Shown one piece after another: positions 36,934 through 46,142 of a DNA stretch of 64,000 bases. Source of the stretch: a virus (Duplodnaviria; Caudoviricetes); the IMG/VR virus record IMGVR_UViG_3300031993_000007. One strand, 5' to 3'. Position numbers and translations under genes: made by a program. Below the pieces are notes generated by a model. It was not told the DNA's origin, ran no database searches, and saw nothing but the letters and a program-made list of their open reading frames with translations. Numbering within the stretch: the stretch's first letter is position 1; each line of letters starts with the position of its first letter.

Positions 36934-37513
36934 CGGTATTTATCCATTCAAAAGATTTACCTTCTTCTTCATTGAAGTATTCGGTCTTGAGAAATTCTTC
37001 GAGCTCTTTAATATTCCTGAGCCTTTCAGAACCGTAGCTTGCAAGAGTAAAATACTTCTCGATGAATACCTGTTCTTGCTCTACAAAATTATGACGAATG
37101 AGATCGTCTGCCGTAACAGAAAGCTGAACCCAGACTCTAGTTTCAAATTCCGGATAGGCGCACATCATGTTTGCAGCAGATTCGACTTCTTCCTTGTCAG
37201 GCCCAACAAGATATCCGGCTAGGCCGCTATCCCACTGGTCTACCTTTCCACTTCCACGATAGAAAGAGATTCCAGAATGGATATACGCACCCATCGGAGT
37301 AGGGTTCTGCCAAGACGGATCCACTTCTCCTTCATACTTCTTGTCTTTTCCAGAAACTTCGTACCCGGTTAGGTTGGAGTAAAAGTCTACTTCGCTTGGC
37401 CAGTTATCAGACAGAGCAATCTCTTCAGGTACTGACACAGATATAAGAGCATAGACATCTTTGTTAGATTTGCTCCATTTGAGTTTTGCGATTAAATGTA
37501 AGTTAGAGCTCAT
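36923..37513 (-). CDS. Hypothetical protein with YxHSG...WDSG motif
   Basis: YIHSGIS...WDSGLAG, a pattern I recall from uncharacterised phage/conjugative-element proteins. Confidence 0.65.
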   Translation of the reverse strand: MSSNLHLIAKLKWSKSNKDVYALISVSVPEEIALSDNWPSEVDFYSNLTGYEVSGKDKKYEGEVDPSWQNPTPMGAYIHSGISFYRGSGKVDQWDSGLAGYLVGPDKEEVESAANMMCAYPEFETRVWVQLSVTADDLIRHNFVEQEQVFIEKYFTLASYGSERLRNIKELEEFLKTEYFNEEEGKSFEWINTDGV

Positions 37514-38303
37514 TTTTAACTCCCATGTTTAAAGGATTAATCAGGTAAATCATTTTATTATTGTCCTCTACAAGACTAATAATGTGACTAGACTTTTCCA
37601 GAACGTCCATCTCAACAAGATCATCTATTAAGATCGTAGACCTCTCTCCAGACTTGAGACGTTGGCCACGGATATCTGCTAGAAAACAGTTGGTCTTGCA
37701 AAGACCAAATTCTTTCATCATTCCGGGGCAGATAGCTCGGTCAAAATCTTCCGGCAGAAGATACTTGTCTTCGATAGCTCCTCGAACTGAGAGATCTTTG
37801 GTGTAGACACTACCTTGCATATCCAACGGAACCCCTAATTCAGCAAAAATGATTTTGACCAGGTGCTGTATGTCCAAAGAGCGTGTAGGGTGATCAAGAT
37901 CTTTGTCTGTCAGACCCCAAGTAAAGAAATTCACTCTGTAAGGTTTGTAGCTACCATCATTCATATTACCCATCGTCTTCAGGAACCTAAAAGTACTTTC
38001 GCAACCCTTCAGGAACTTAGAAATATTTTCGCAATTCTCTTTCAAAATGTTACAGTCATTCAGATTGTCAATGACCGTTCCTTCGAAGTCTATATAGATC
38101 TCACTCTTGTACTTTACTTCTTCATTCGTGGCAGGCTTAATTGGCCTAGGCTCACGGTTCGGACAATCCTCAAACTTCGGACACTTCCGGCACGCAGATA
38201 TGTTATGATAGAAATAGCACATCGTATTTTCTTTTGCATATCCCGGTGCTTTCATAAGCTCTTCAATGAAATCATCAAATTCTTGTCCATCTGCCATTGA
38301 CAT
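37503..38303 (-). CDS. HAD-like protein with N-terminal Cys cluster
   Basis: C..CPKFEDCP, IYIDFEGTV, FFTW and ILIDD. Start MSMADG after an AAGGAG RBS, with TATATTA upstream. Confidence 0.55.
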   Translation of the reverse strand: MSMADGQEFDDFIEELMKAPGYAKENTMCYFYHNISACRKCPKFEDCPNREPRPIKPATNEEVKYKSEIYIDFEGTVIDNLNDCNILKENCENISKFLKGCESTFRFLKTMGNMNDGSYKPYRVNFFTWGLTDKDLDHPTRSLDIQHLVKIIFAELGVPLDMQGSVYTKDLSVRGAIEDKYLLPEDFDRAICPGMMKEFGLCKTNCFLADIRGQRLKSGERSTILIDDLVEMDVLEKSSHIISLVEDNNKMIYLINPLNMGVKNEL

Positions 38304-38338
38304 TTTAACTCCTTTGAAATTAGTGCAAAGAATAATAT

Positions 38339-38370
38339 AAATATGGAAATCCCGAAGGATTTCCATATTT
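38339..38370 (-). terminator. Terminator after tail tube gene
   Basis: 14-bp stem with a UUCG loop on the minus strand. Confidence 0.75.
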
Positions 38371-38389
38371 AATCTCTGTTTGAGAGCAA

Positions 38390-39178
38390 TTATTCTGCAC
38401 CAAAGTTGCCAACGTTTTCGGTCTGGAGGCAGGCGATGGAAGCGAAGGAGCTCAAGGTGGCGGCAGCATATTCAAGCACACCTGCACCGAACCAGCGGTC
38501 AGCTGTAAAGCTCTGTTCCACAGTCACGCCTTCCTGAGAACCCTGCTGGAAGTTCAGATGAGAGCGCTGAATCTTCAGAGGTTGGACGTTAGTGTAGTAC
38601 GTTGCATCTTCGATATCGTAAGCAATCTGACGAGCAGCTTCGCCAATCTTACCAGCAGACGGCTTGAGCTGGACATAAAGCAATTCGCCAGTATGGTTAC
38701 GAGCGGCATAATCTACGCCATGTTCTGCCGGGTAAGTAGCAATACCGGAGTGCGGGTCACGGATAGAGCTAACCCAGTAGTTGTAGGCTTCAATGATCGG
38801 GGATCCGGCATATTCGTTGTGGCTCATGGTGAAGCCAGAACCCTTAGAGCCGATGGCACCGCTGAACTGGCTTTCGTTGCCAGTAAAGCCGATCTGAACG
38901 CCGACAGGAGAGATTTCGATGTCGTCGTTACCCTGGAAGCTCTTCAGGTTCTTCTCGGTGATAGCCGGGAAATAATCGAATGTCTTAGTGAACCAAGACG
39001 GCAGACGGATCCACTTAATAAACGCATAACCAGTGATCAGCGGGTCAAGAGGAAGGGTCTTAGTATTGAATCCACCAGTGTAGAAGGTATCGGTCTTTGC
39101 CTGTTCTGCACTATCGTTGTGAAGAGAAATAGCGCTCGTGGCTCGACGTAACCCGTAATTTGATCCTTTATAGGCCAT
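38390..39178 (-). CDS. Tail tube protein (putative)
   Basis: Directly downstream of the sheath; E..GSPI..YNYW...IRDP..G pattern; highly expressed codon bias. Confidence 0.65.
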   Translation of the reverse strand: MAYKGSNYGLRRATSAISLHNDSAEQAKTDTFYTGGFNTKTLPLDPLITGYAFIKWIRLPSWFTKTFDYFPAITEKNLKSFQGNDDIEISPVGVQIGFTGNESQFSGAIGSKGSGFTMSHNEYAGSPIIEAYNYWVSSIRDPHSGIATYPAEHGVDYAARNHTGELLYVQLKPSAGKIGEAARQIAYDIEDATYYTNVQPLKIQRSHLNFQQGSQEGVTVEQSFTADRWFGAGVLEYAAATLSSFASIACLQTENVGNFGAE

Positions 39179-39247
39179 AATTTTTTGTCCTTATTTAAAG
39201 AAAAAAGAAGAAAGAGGGGCGAGATTCGCCCCATCTTTCAGGGAAGG

Positions 39248-42200
39248 TTACACACGGTTCACGATAAAGTTGAACGCAAAGCGCTCGATGATATCGGTGA
39301 ACGCAACGTCCACGTCAACACGGCAAATACGCTGCTGGCGATCGTAGTCAGAGGTGTTAATCACCGGAGTGATGTATTCATAGCCACCTGCCAACACATA
39401 GCTCGTAGCGATTTCGTTCAGTTCGGTCTGGAGGAGACCATACACATCGGAAGTCGCAAACTCACTACGGTAGTTACGGCTGACGGCCACCATGCTACGA
39501 CGGAGGCGCAACAGAGTTCGCACCGCATGGATGAGGGTCAAGGGGGTGTTCTTAGTCTGGGTCGTCAACTCGGTCGCAAACACCGTAGCGATGTTATCAC
39601 GTTCGATGTAGTTGATCTGGTTGCGATAGAGCTGATCCTTTTCAGGTTCAGTCGGAATCCAGCTGACAGAGTTAAATCCAGACACAACGCCACGGTTCGG
39701 GCCAACGAAGTTAACCGCCGGACTGTAAGCCGTATCGTTGAGAGGAATCTTGCTTGCCAAGAAGAAGGTCGGAGTAACCTTAACAGGCTTGCCGCTCCAT
39801 TCATCCGTAATTTCAAGATGCTGCGTGAAGATAGACGTATAGAACGTATCGTAGTTCATACTGTTCTTACGCATGTCGATAGCTTGCTGGGCATTTGCAG
39901 TGGAGATACCCTGGTCAAGGATCGTTACGCAGTCCTGACGGATCACAGAACTCAGCTCGTTCATAGCAGTCTTGACCATCACCGGATAGTTACAGTCCAT
40001 CACCATGTCGAACACGCAGAGGTTGATGTTCGTAACGATAGCGTCTGTAGTACCGTTGTAGGCCTTGACAAGAGCTTCTTCAAGCGTGGAGTTCGTAATG
40101 AGCTCGCCTTCTTCATTTTCGTGTTCGTAGCCCCAGCCACGACCATGAGAACCACCGCCGAGATAGAGCGAGTTGGTGCTGGAAAGCGTCTGGAAGAGAT
40201 ACAGAGACACGAACGGTTCGAGATAGGTCTGTTCGCCTTCGTCATCATACAACGTGGTATCAAGATGACAGAGGTTGGTATCATAACCGATAGCGCTCAT
40301 AAGGCTCTTGATCTCGTACTGAGCGAGAGCTGTTTCCTTATAGCCTTCGCCGAAGATACGATCGTTGAACTGATCCAGATCAATCTGGTTGTAAATGTAC
40401 TTCACAACAGCATCAACCGGAACAACGATTTCGTTACCGTCTTCATCTTCAATAGGCTTGTTGTCATCCGTGTGGACGCCAATCTTAGCATCAATGAAGT
40501 TGGAGAGGTTGTCGTAGTTCACCACGCAAGTGAGATACTTGGAGAAGCGGTTAACCACATCTTCGATGAAGAGACTTTCCTTAGCAGCAGAAACGGCATC
40601 CGGATCCAGAGAAACATTGAATGCTTCACGAGATACTTCGCCGCCATCAAGCTTTTCAGAAATAGTCAGACGGAACATGCTCCATTCGGTGTACGTGCGA
40701 TCCATCGAGTCGTCATAAGCGAGGTTGACGGACAGACGGTTGTACCACTTACCAGAACCCTTAGGCAAGAAGCGGAGGAATTCTGCGTAGCAAGCAGACT
40801 GCGGACGGAGACTTGCAATGTCCCGAGTCTGAATCTTGTCAAGAGTGGAACCGACCACACGGCCCTTAGCAGAGTTTGCACGCTGCTCGATAACTTCATC
40901 GTCATCCGCATGATAGCTGCTGCCCTGAAGATCAAAGACAGAATACGGAGTAGCAACGAAGCCGATAGCGTTGTAGCCAGCGTGAGAGTAGTCAGCGTTG
41001 GGCTCAAAGTTACCCTTGCTGCCACCCGTCTTGTAATGAGCAACCACCTTTCTTTCAGGATAGTAGGCATATTCGCCAGTGCTCTTACCAGTGATAACCA
41101 CAGGATGATCCGGATCGTCCTTAGCAGCCTTAGCCGTAAAGAACGAAGTATCCAGAGCCGTAGCATCAAAGACCATACGAATGCCCCAGAGGCTATCGCT
41201 GTCAATGAACACGCTTCTGTAAGACGGAGCATAATGGATATCGACCGTGGTCGAACCATTGTCACCATCGCCTTCAACAGTGCAGTCTGCATTGCGGATC
41301 ATTTCACGAAGGAAGGAGTTCGTCTTTAGCTGAGCATACCAAGAATTGATAGCTTCGACATTCAAGAGATAAGTGTTCGACTCACTCATCTTGAGGTACA
41401 TTCCAGTGCCTTCGGTATTGACCAGATTCCTGAACGAGCCAGAAATCAGCTCTTGCGGGAATTCGGACGCCGTAAACGTGGTGGTGCGGAAAACGTACTT
41501 ACCCGGCGTTTCTTCGACAAACAGGTTAGCGAGATCACTAGATTCGTCAACCAAGGTCTGATATTCAGCAGCGCTAAGATAGCCCTTACCATTGCAGATA
41601 TTGCCGAACTTGACGATCGTGTTGCCGTTTTCGTTTTCGTCAGGAGCGAAAGTCATGAAGTTCGTTCCGCCGACCTTCTTGAGAAGAGCAATAAGGTCAG
41701 TAGCTACGAAGCTTTCAGTCCTATCTCCGCCTTCATTGTCGCTGAAGAACAGCTGAATATTATCTTCGGACATCGAAGAAATCTTGGAAGACATAGTGTA
41801 GCGAACAACAGGTTTAGTGGTGTAAGCACTTGTTCCGTACACATATTGACTTTCGTTGGGAGCAGTGTTGAGGTCAACAGCTTCCCAGCGCTCATCGAGG
41901 TTGTTGAGGTTGTAGTAAGCAACTTCAGGATCGGTGGAAGTCTTGGAAGAAAGCGCATTGCCGTTTTCGTCATTCACGAAGTACAACTTCTGAAGATCGT
42001 AATAACCAGTACTCGGACTAGAAATCAAGACTTCAGTGTTGATTGCAGTAAGCACTCTGAGTTCCATTTCGTCAGCAAAGATAGCGAATCCCTGAGAGGT
42101 AACGATAACGTTGCCATTCTGATCTTCAAGAGCAGAGCCGCTATTGCCACCATCGGTGCTACTAAACTGGCTACCAAGAGCGAACAGATTTTCGTCCAGC

Positions 42201-43555
42201 TGATTGGCGTACAACCAGTCAAGATATTCAACAACAGACAGAGCAGGCTGGCTGGTCTTGTCATTGATGCTGATAGACTTCATTTCTTTTTCAGAAATCG
42301 GACGTACAGTTCCGTCGGTGTCACCATAGTTCTTCGGATCGAAATGGTAGACTTCATAGCTGTTCTGCCATTCGTTGATAGAACTGCCAGTGATGATGCC
42401 CTTGATACAAGTGTCGCCAACACCCTGAATGTCAGTCTTCAGGAGATTGATAAAGTCAGCAGTATGGCTGCTACCACCATCGGAAAGCGCAGGATTCAAC
42501 TCGTTCAGGCGAGACAAGAAGCGAGTCTTCCAGAAGCTTTCATCCGACGGATCGTGTTCCGCCTTGGAGCCAACGCTAGCTTCCCTTTCCTGAGTACCAG
42601 TCTTGCCATCGACGTAAGCCGCCAACAGAGACGGAACATCATTTGCTTGAAGAGCAGAGAAACCGGCAACAACTGTAATAGTTGCTTCGGTGCCTTCTTC
42701 AATCTTGACAGCAGAAACCCTCTTGGCCGTACCGTTATCGTCTATTTCGATCTCAACGGCCATAGCCGAAGATTCACGATAACCAAGCTTGCTATCGCCA
42801 AGAGCAGCTTCGTCAGCGGCAGTATGCAAGACATAGTAGTTATTTTCATCTTCCGGATCAGTGGAATTGATGGTGTCAGATACCTTAGCCTCGAACTTGA
42901 GTTCGATGGTTTCATTCCTGACGAGAGACACACGGCGAGCAGCCATCGGAGAATACTTCTTGCGATCATCTGCAATGCCCACATTAAGCATGGCGATCTC
43001 GTCTTCAGTCAAAAGGCCGAGAGAAGTTTCAGGTTCAAAGACTTCGGATTCACCCCTCTTAACCCAACGACCAGCATAGAACTTCGGAAGAAGGACAGAG
43101 TTACCAGAAGACCTGCCCTTAACCATAGTCGGATTGCCGTTAGAAACAGCGACGTATGCATTCCAGACCTTGATCTGGCCTTCAGTGCGCTCAAGGAGCT
43201 TGAATTCGGGTTCGTCGTTAGCGTATTCGCTATTGGCACGATAGCCAATACCAATGCTAAGACCAGCAAAAGTTTCGTCATCCGGGACTACACGGATCAC
43301 CCAAAGGCCACCGCCAGCACGAAGCCACTGAATGGCATTCAGGCCGCTCTGCCCATACTTGTTGTAGTTGGGCTCGCCAAAGTTGAACGTGTACTCCGAG
43401 GGAGAACTAATGTAAGTAGCCTCGTTAGGCATACCCTTCTCGGCTTCCAGCGCAATGAATTTATTGGACAATCCCGATGCAGACACAGTCAGAACGGCAT
43501 TGTCAATAATCCGGCTCTCCGAGTGGGGATGGATGTACTTCATATCAGTACTCAT
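39248..43555 (-). CDS. Contractile tail sheath protein (1435 aa)
   Basis: N-terminal HP...IID...FGEPN...GQ...WL..GG...RV and C-terminal sheath domain (FVGPNRG, LY..QINYI, VDVAF..IIERF). Confidence 0.85.
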   Translation of the reverse strand: MSTDMKYIHPHSESRIIDNAVLTVSASGLSNKFIALEAEKGMPNEATYISSPSEYTFNFGEPNYNKYGQSGLNAIQWLRAGGGLWVIRVVPDDETFAGLSIGIGYRANSEYANDEPEFKLLERTEGQIKVWNAYVAVSNGNPTMVKGRSSGNSVLLPKFYAGRWVKRGESEVFEPETSLGLLTEDEIAMLNVGIADDRKKYSPMAARRVSLVRNETIELKFEAKVSDTINSTDPEDENNYYVLHTAADEAALGDSKLGYRESSAMAVEIEIDDNGTAKRVSAVKIEEGTEATITVVAGFSALQANDVPSLLAAYVDGKTGTQEREASVGSKAEHDPSDESFWKTRFLSRLNELNPALSDGGSSHTADFINLLKTDIQGVGDTCIKGIITGSSINEWQNSYEVYHFDPKNYGDTDGTVRPISEKEMKSISINDKTSQPALSVVEYLDWLYANQLDENLFALGSQFSSTDGGNSGSALEDQNGNVIVTSQGFAIFADEMELRVLTAINTEVLISSPSTGYYDLQKLYFVNDENGNALSSKTSTDPEVAYYNLNNLDERWEAVDLNTAPNESQYVYGTSAYTTKPVVRYTMSSKISSMSEDNIQLFFSDNEGGDRTESFVATDLIALLKKVGGTNFMTFAPDENENGNTIVKFGNICNGKGYLSAAEYQTLVDESSDLANLFVEETPGKYVFRTTTFTASEFPQELISGSFRNLVNTEGTGMYLKMSESNTYLLNVEAINSWYAQLKTNSFLREMIRNADCTVEGDGDNGSTTVDIHYAPSYRSVFIDSDSLWGIRMVFDATALDTSFFTAKAAKDDPDHPVVITGKSTGEYAYYPERKVVAHYKTGGSKGNFEPNADYSHAGYNAIGFVATPYSVFDLQGSSYHADDDEVIEQRANSAKGRVVGSTLDKIQTRDIASLRPQSACYAEFLRFLPKGSGKWYNRLSVNLAYDDSMDRTYTEWSMFRLTISEKLDGGEVSREAFNVSLDPDAVSAAKESLFIEDVVNRFSKYLTCVVNYDNLSNFIDAKIGVHTDDNKPIEDEDGNEIVVPVDAVVKYIYNQIDLDQFNDRIFGEGYKETALAQYEIKSLMSAIGYDTNLCHLDTTLYDDEGEQTYLEPFVSLYLFQTLSSTNSLYLGGGSHGRGWGYEHENEEGELITNSTLEEALVKAYNGTTDAIVTNINLCVFDMVMDCNYPVMVKTAMNELSSVIRQDCVTILDQGISTANAQQAIDMRKNSMNYDTFYTSIFTQHLEITDEWSGKPVKVTPTFFLASKIPLNDTAYSPAVNFVGPNRGVVSGFNSVSWIPTEPEKDQLYRNQINYIERDNIATVFATELTTQTKNTPLTLIHAVRTLLRLRRSMVAVSRNYRSEFATSDVYGLLQTELNEIATSYVLAGGYEYITPVINTSDYDRQQRICRVDVDVAFTDIIERFAFNFIVNRV

Positions 43556-43701
43556 ACTGTCCTCATTTGAGTAGATTGTTTTAAGTTTACGGACTTCGGT
43601 GGAAGTCCGCTTATGGATTGTTACCTAATGAAAAGTTTCTAGGGCCTTTATAGAATCTTTGAAATTTATAAAAGCCAAGCTCGGTGGCTTGGCTTTTAGA
43701 A

Positions 43702-44427
43702 CTAAAAGTAGAGAATTTCCTCGGTAGGAGCTATAGTCTCTTCTCGGCCAGTTTTAGAATTAATCAAGCCACTAAGGATGGCATCACCGATGTTTTCAAA
43801 GGCCAATCCTCCGAAAGTACTAGCCATTGCTGGAAGTTCGTTAATCTTTATGGTCTGGTATCCGGATTCAGCTCCAGTCTTTCCAGCTACCACTCTGAAC
43901 GGGGTACGCAGATCCTTTTCGTCTCTAGCAAGTTCGCCCATCAGAAGTTCCACAATAGAGTCAGGAACACCGATATTAACTCCGTTAAACGAAGCGTTCT
44001 GAAGAAGGTTCTCCGGGAGCTGGCTGTACTTCAGATTATTAGGGATCTTGCCATTAAGAATGAAAGTCAAAAATCTGTTAGCCGCTTTAGAGTTTTGAAC
44101 GTGGATAGCATCTTTGAAAAGAATTTCACCTTTGTGTGCAGTAAACACACGATATTCTTCTGGAGTTGAATCCAGCTTAGAGAACGTCCTAGTAACCTTA
44201 GAGTTTTCAGTACTCATCACATGGACAATCACCGGGCAATTCATTTCCCACAATTCAGGAGTCTTGAGGGTGCTATCCCAGATCTCAAGAGTCATAATGC
44301 CTACAGTATCTACTTGGTTGCCAAGTTCTGTAGCCATATCGATGCCGAAGTAATATGACGGAATGTACACATTAATCTTTTCAGCTTCGACGATATAATC
44401 ATTATTTTGAGCTTTTAAGTACTTCAT
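43702..44427 (-). CDS. RNA polymerase beta' C-terminal fragment (putative, virion RNAP)
   Basis: VELLMGELAR and STFGGLAFENIGDAILSG resemble the beta' jaw/region H (E..VRQM; SFISAASFQET..VL). Start MKYLKA. Confidence 0.6.
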   Translation of the reverse strand: MKYLKAQNNDYIVEAEKINVYIPSYYFGIDMATELGNQVDTVGIMTLEIWDSTLKTPELWEMNCPVIVHVMSTENSKVTRTFSKLDSTPEEYRVFTAHKGEILFKDAIHVQNSKAANRFLTFILNGKIPNNLKYSQLPENLLQNASFNGVNIGVPDSIVELLMGELARDEKDLRTPFRVVAGKTGAESGYQTIKINELPAMASTFGGLAFENIGDAILSGLINSKTGREETIAPTEEILYF

Positions 44428-44514
44428 AACAATATCGAGTTGCATAGAAATCCGGTAGGCCCAAACGAGCCTACCGGAAGACATATGAGGACAACACTAG
44501 AGTTTGCGCCTAGA

Positions 44515-45318
44515 CTAGAAAGCTGCTTCCTTGATGTTATATTCAACCACCGAATTGAAATCCACAAGGGCCTGACTAAAGACTTCAAGAGCTTTAAAGT
44601 CGATCTTCTTCAGATCTTCTTCGGGCATAGCCCTTGCAGCCATAATAGAGGCAGAGACAGCGTTTGCGTTCTTAGTAAGCTGGAGGCACATAGGAGCAAC
44701 GTCATAAGTACCTTCAGTCTTTGCTAAAGCCTTGGCGGCAAAAATGAGGTGGGTGCCAAGAGTACTAAGCAAATCATGGTTGGCATACTGAACTGCGGAC
44801 AGGGTATCAGCATTATTCGCCTTGCTAATGTCCTTTCCAAGAGCATTGTTAAACCACTTTTTAGCGGCAGCAATTGCTTCTTCGTCGTTACGCAATTCAG
44901 CGCATTTTTCGGCAACATAGGCATTAGCTAACTTCTTAAGCTCAAATGCATCAAGAATATTAGCATTAATACGCAATGCAGCACGGATTTTAACTTCTTC
45001 AGTCTTTGCACGACGGCGACGAGCCTTTCCAGACTCACCGTTCTTTCCAATAAAGACTTTCTGCTTAGAAAGGTAGGCTTCTGGATTTTCCGCAGTGAGC
45101 TTTACCTTTTCATAGGAACTGTTGAAGAATTCCATGAAGTCTTTAAAGGTGTGCTTAGCTAAGGTGCTGTTGGCTTTAGCCTGGAAATCTTCCAAGGAGA
45201 TCTCTTCATTTTCAAGCTTATCACCAAGAGTGTTTAGATCTTCTTGGAGATCGCTGACTTCTTTCTTAAGAACCTTGTCAGATTCAATTTCTTCAGGGGT
45301 GGGTGCTGTGTTATTCAT
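44515..45318 (-). CDS. Hypothetical protein
   Basis: 267 aa, terminase operon. Confidence 0.75.
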   Translation of the reverse strand: MNNTAPTPEEIESDKVLKKEVSDLQEDLNTLGDKLENEEISLEDFQAKANSTLAKHTFKDFMEFFNSSYEKVKLTAENPEAYLSKQKVFIGKNGESGKARRRRAKTEEVKIRAALRINANILDAFELKKLANAYVAEKCAELRNDEEAIAAAKKWFNNALGKDISKANNADTLSAVQYANHDLLSTLGTHLIFAAKALAKTEGTYDVAPMCLQLTKNANAVSASIMAARAMPEEDLKKIDFKALEVFSQALVDFNSVVEYNIKEAAF

Positions 45319-46141
45319 TAGGTTTTCCTTTGTAGCGCTCAGAGAGCAAAGAGTAAACTTTCATCGTAAGCTGACGAAGGCTATCTGGAGACTCTAGGAT
45401 ATCACCGATATAAGCCTTCTCAAGGTTAGGAATATTGACGGCTTCGAATTCTTCGATGACCATAGCATTCTGCCATTCATCTTCCAGACCCTTTGTAAGC
45501 TCAGATAAGAAGTCTTCGACTTCGAAACTTCCGCTCAAAATGTCTTTGGTGATGTCATCGATACGATCCAGAACTACAGCGCAGTCAAGACTCTTAGCCT
45601 TGCGCCTTGCGTCTTTAGCTCCAAGATCCTGACGATTGACAAGCGGCTTATAGGTTTGAACCAGAGCCTTGAAGTTACGATTAACCATGTTGTAGACATA
45701 GTTAACAAGATTTTCAAGACGATAAGTCACCAAGAACTTGTAGAGAGCTTCAATGAAGTTATGAAGTTCACTGGACTCAAGATCCTTCAGGCTTCCAAAG
45801 GCATTAGAGTTTTCATCAATGCCAATGTAAGACTTCATAATACTAAAGAGCTTCTGGCGAAGATCACTGGTATAAGTATTGATCACCCCGAGCTTTTCAG
45901 CATTAACTTCAGGCTGTTCAGAGAGAGACTTTCGAAGGATACTGATAGAATTGAACAGCGGACTGAACTTGTCTTCAGGTTCAAATTCTGCAATATGATT
46001 GAGGTTCTCAATCTGGTTCATCAAAGCATCTTCCATAGTCCGGATGTCCGGGCTAATGGTTGTGCTATTGCTAGTAATATCTGCATAGTTATCTATGGCT
46101 TCAAATTTGTCAAAGACTTCATTTACTGGTTTTTCTAGCAT
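45311..46141 (-). CDS. Hypothetical protein
   Basis: 276 aa, directly downstream of terminase. Confidence 0.75.
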   Translation of the reverse strand: MLEKPVNEVFDKFEAIDNYADITSNSTTISPDIRTMEDALMNQIENLNHIAEFEPEDKFSPLFNSISILRKSLSEQPEVNAEKLGVINTYTSDLRQKLFSIMKSYIGIDENSNAFGSLKDLESSELHNFIEALYKFLVTYRLENLVNYVYNMVNRNFKALVQTYKPLVNRQDLGAKDARRKAKSLDCAVVLDRIDDITKDILSGSFEVEDFLSELTKGLEDEWQNAMVIEEFEAVNIPNLEKAYIGDILESPDSLRQLTMKVYSLLSERYKGKPNE

Positions 46142-46142
46142 G

